From assembly GCF_965641715.1 (NCBI RefSeq), contig NZ_OZ282453.1: 64,000 nucleotides of DNA; one strand, 5' to 3'. Below, piece after piece: positions 62,570-64,000 of the stretch. Each line of letters begins with the position of its first letter. Positions within the stretch are counted from its first letter, which is position 1. Source of the DNA: Escherichia coli. Lineage in GTDB: Bacteria > Pseudomonadota > Gammaproteobacteria > Enterobacterales > Enterobacteriaceae. The notes under the pieces are model-generated. The model saw only the letters and a program-made list of their open reading frames with translations, was not told the DNA's origin and made no database searches. Both the position numbers and the translations under genes were made by a program.

Positions 62570-63514
62570 TTAGTACTCGATCCATGGATCGCGCTTGCTT
62601 TCAGGCAAGGGTTGCTCTAATGCCTGCATTTGCTCTGCCGAAAGTCCAGTATATCGTTGTATCCATTCAGGATCCGCACCGTTCTGCAAAAGCAATCTAA
62701 GGAGGCGTTGTTCCCCTTCTTCTTTCCCCTTTTCCATCCCTAACAGCCATCCATCATTATGAATTCGCTCTGCAATCGTCATTATTCGCTCCCTGTGTTG
62801 TGGCATTCGACGGGTAAGTTCACTGATAAACTCATTAAAACGCGCTTCATCGCCAGTCAGTAAAATGTAATTTAACAGCGCGGTTATCTGGCTGTCATTA
62901 GCGCACCCTGTAACCAGTAATACTGCCAGTTGATCAATAAGCCCCATTAGATCGCGCTGGCGAATATGCTTTTGGATCAACTCCAACAGGGCGACTCTGC
63001 GGTGCTGCACAATCTCGTCGTCTGGCACGACAGTGATATCCACCAGCGGGAACGCGGCATTATAAAGTTTCCGTGCGGTAGTCGGGTCGGCAAATTCGTC
63101 CAGCCAGCACAGGGACCAGGGGTAAGGACTACGGCTACCGTGATAAAACAGCATCGGGATGACCAGCGGTAGCTGCCGGCGTTTATCATGCTCGATATGG
63201 CGCTGCATCACCGCCATGGAATAGCGCATCAGGCGAAACGCCATATGAATATCCTCGCGGCTCTGATGTTCAATCACTACGTAAATATAACCATCACCTT
63301 CACGGGTCTTTACCGACCACAGAATATCGGAGTGTAGCGCCCGCAATTTTTCATCGACAAAGCTGGCTGACTCCAGTTTTAAGCTGTCGAGATCGCACAG
63401 TTCACGTAAATCTTTGGGTAAGTGGATCTCCATAAAATCCCGCGCGGTGTCAGGGTGAGTGAGAAAGGATTTAAATAATGCGTCATGTGGCGTGCTGGTC
63501 GTGAAGTTTGTCAT
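62570..63514 (-). CDS. rpnD: Rpn-family recombination-promoting nuclease (YhgA-like), apparently intact RpnD
   Basis: 314-aa uninterrupted ORF; corresponds to the K-12 yjiP/yjiQ locus. Confidence 0.65.
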   Translation of the reverse strand: MTNFTTSTPHDALFKSFLTHPDTARDFMEIHLPKDLRELCDLDSLKLESASFVDEKLRALHSDILWSVKTREGDGYIYVVIEHQSREDIHMAFRLMRYSMAVMQRHIEHDKRRQLPLVIPMLFYHGSRSPYPWSLCWLDEFADPTTARKLYNAAFPLVDITVVPDDEIVQHRRVALLELIQKHIRQRDLMGLIDQLAVLLVTGCANDSQITALLNYILLTGDEARFNEFISELTRRMPQHRERIMTIAERIHNDGWLLGMEKGKEEGEQRLLRLLLQNGADPEWIQRYTGLSAEQMQALEQPLPESKRDPWIEY

Positions 63515-64000
63515 GGCGATCCGTCACCTGTAGATAAGATGGCCCGACTTTAGCGACTAACAAAACCATTCTCACCCGGCAATTTCTCGTTCCCCGAGGT
63601 GCTTTCCAGGCTATTTTTGTTCGTCTGCAAACGATACATTTTTCCGGAAACAGGCTCGCGTTTTACATTTCCTGTACCCGGCAGATATTCCCCTTTCCAC
63701 CGCGCTCTTTTGATTAACCGCAAATTTTAATTACACTTAAGGTGTATATTTTCTATGCAACCCATCAATTAAAGAGGTGTAATGTGCTGATGACTATTTG
63801 TAATCGTTATACATTCTGACCTGGAGTCAGAAGGTATTTCTCTGTCTGTGTGTTCACAGGCAGTGTGATTGATTACATGAAATTCAGTACATTTGCCCTT
63901 CTCGCCTGCCTTTCGTCATTACCGACGGTATTGAATTTCGTTTTCCCCGTTGGGGTTCTCCGGACAAGGAGTTGTTTGTTATGCCACGTTTTTTTGCCCG

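Overview
This window reads as Escherichia coli chromosome with three distinct parts. (1) Positions 1 to about 16,900 are the immunity-to-integrase half of a lambdoid prophage, cut by the left window edge. It carries a Q-like antiterminator, DUF968, KilA-N, RusA, a replication-initiator-like gene with internal iteron-like repeats, a cro-like/cI switch, a yfdPQRST-like early-left module, an AlpA/Xis-like gene, a 1275-aa SIR2-domain protein and a tyrosine integrase next to yjjG. (2) Positions 17,000 to 34,800 are conserved core genes: yjjG, rimI, holD, rsmC, three tandem tRNA-Leu(CAG), yjjZ, fhuF, bglJ, yjjQ, yjjP, yjjB, dnaT, dnaC, yjjA, opgB, lgoD, lgoR, lgoT and tsr. (3) Positions 34,900 to 46,900 are the 4-hydroxyphenylacetate (hpa) catabolic cluster, which K-12 lacks, here with an extra low-GC MBL-fold gene between hpaA and hpaB; then btsT, yjiX, yjiA and a variant immigration-control region. 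In that region the mrr slot holds an AT-rich polytopic membrane protein, hsdRMS has non-EcoKI gene sizes, symE is present, and a GmrSD-like DUF262/DUF1524 protein sits where K-12 has mcrBC; yjiS, yjiR and an intact rpnD-like gene follow. The strongest candidate for an undescribed system is the giant SIR2-fusion protein in the prophage xis-int cargo slot, with the membrane protein in the mrr slot second. All calls come from reading the sequence and ORF translations and from recalled family motifs and K-12 gene order; no database search was run, and start codons are approximate where noted.
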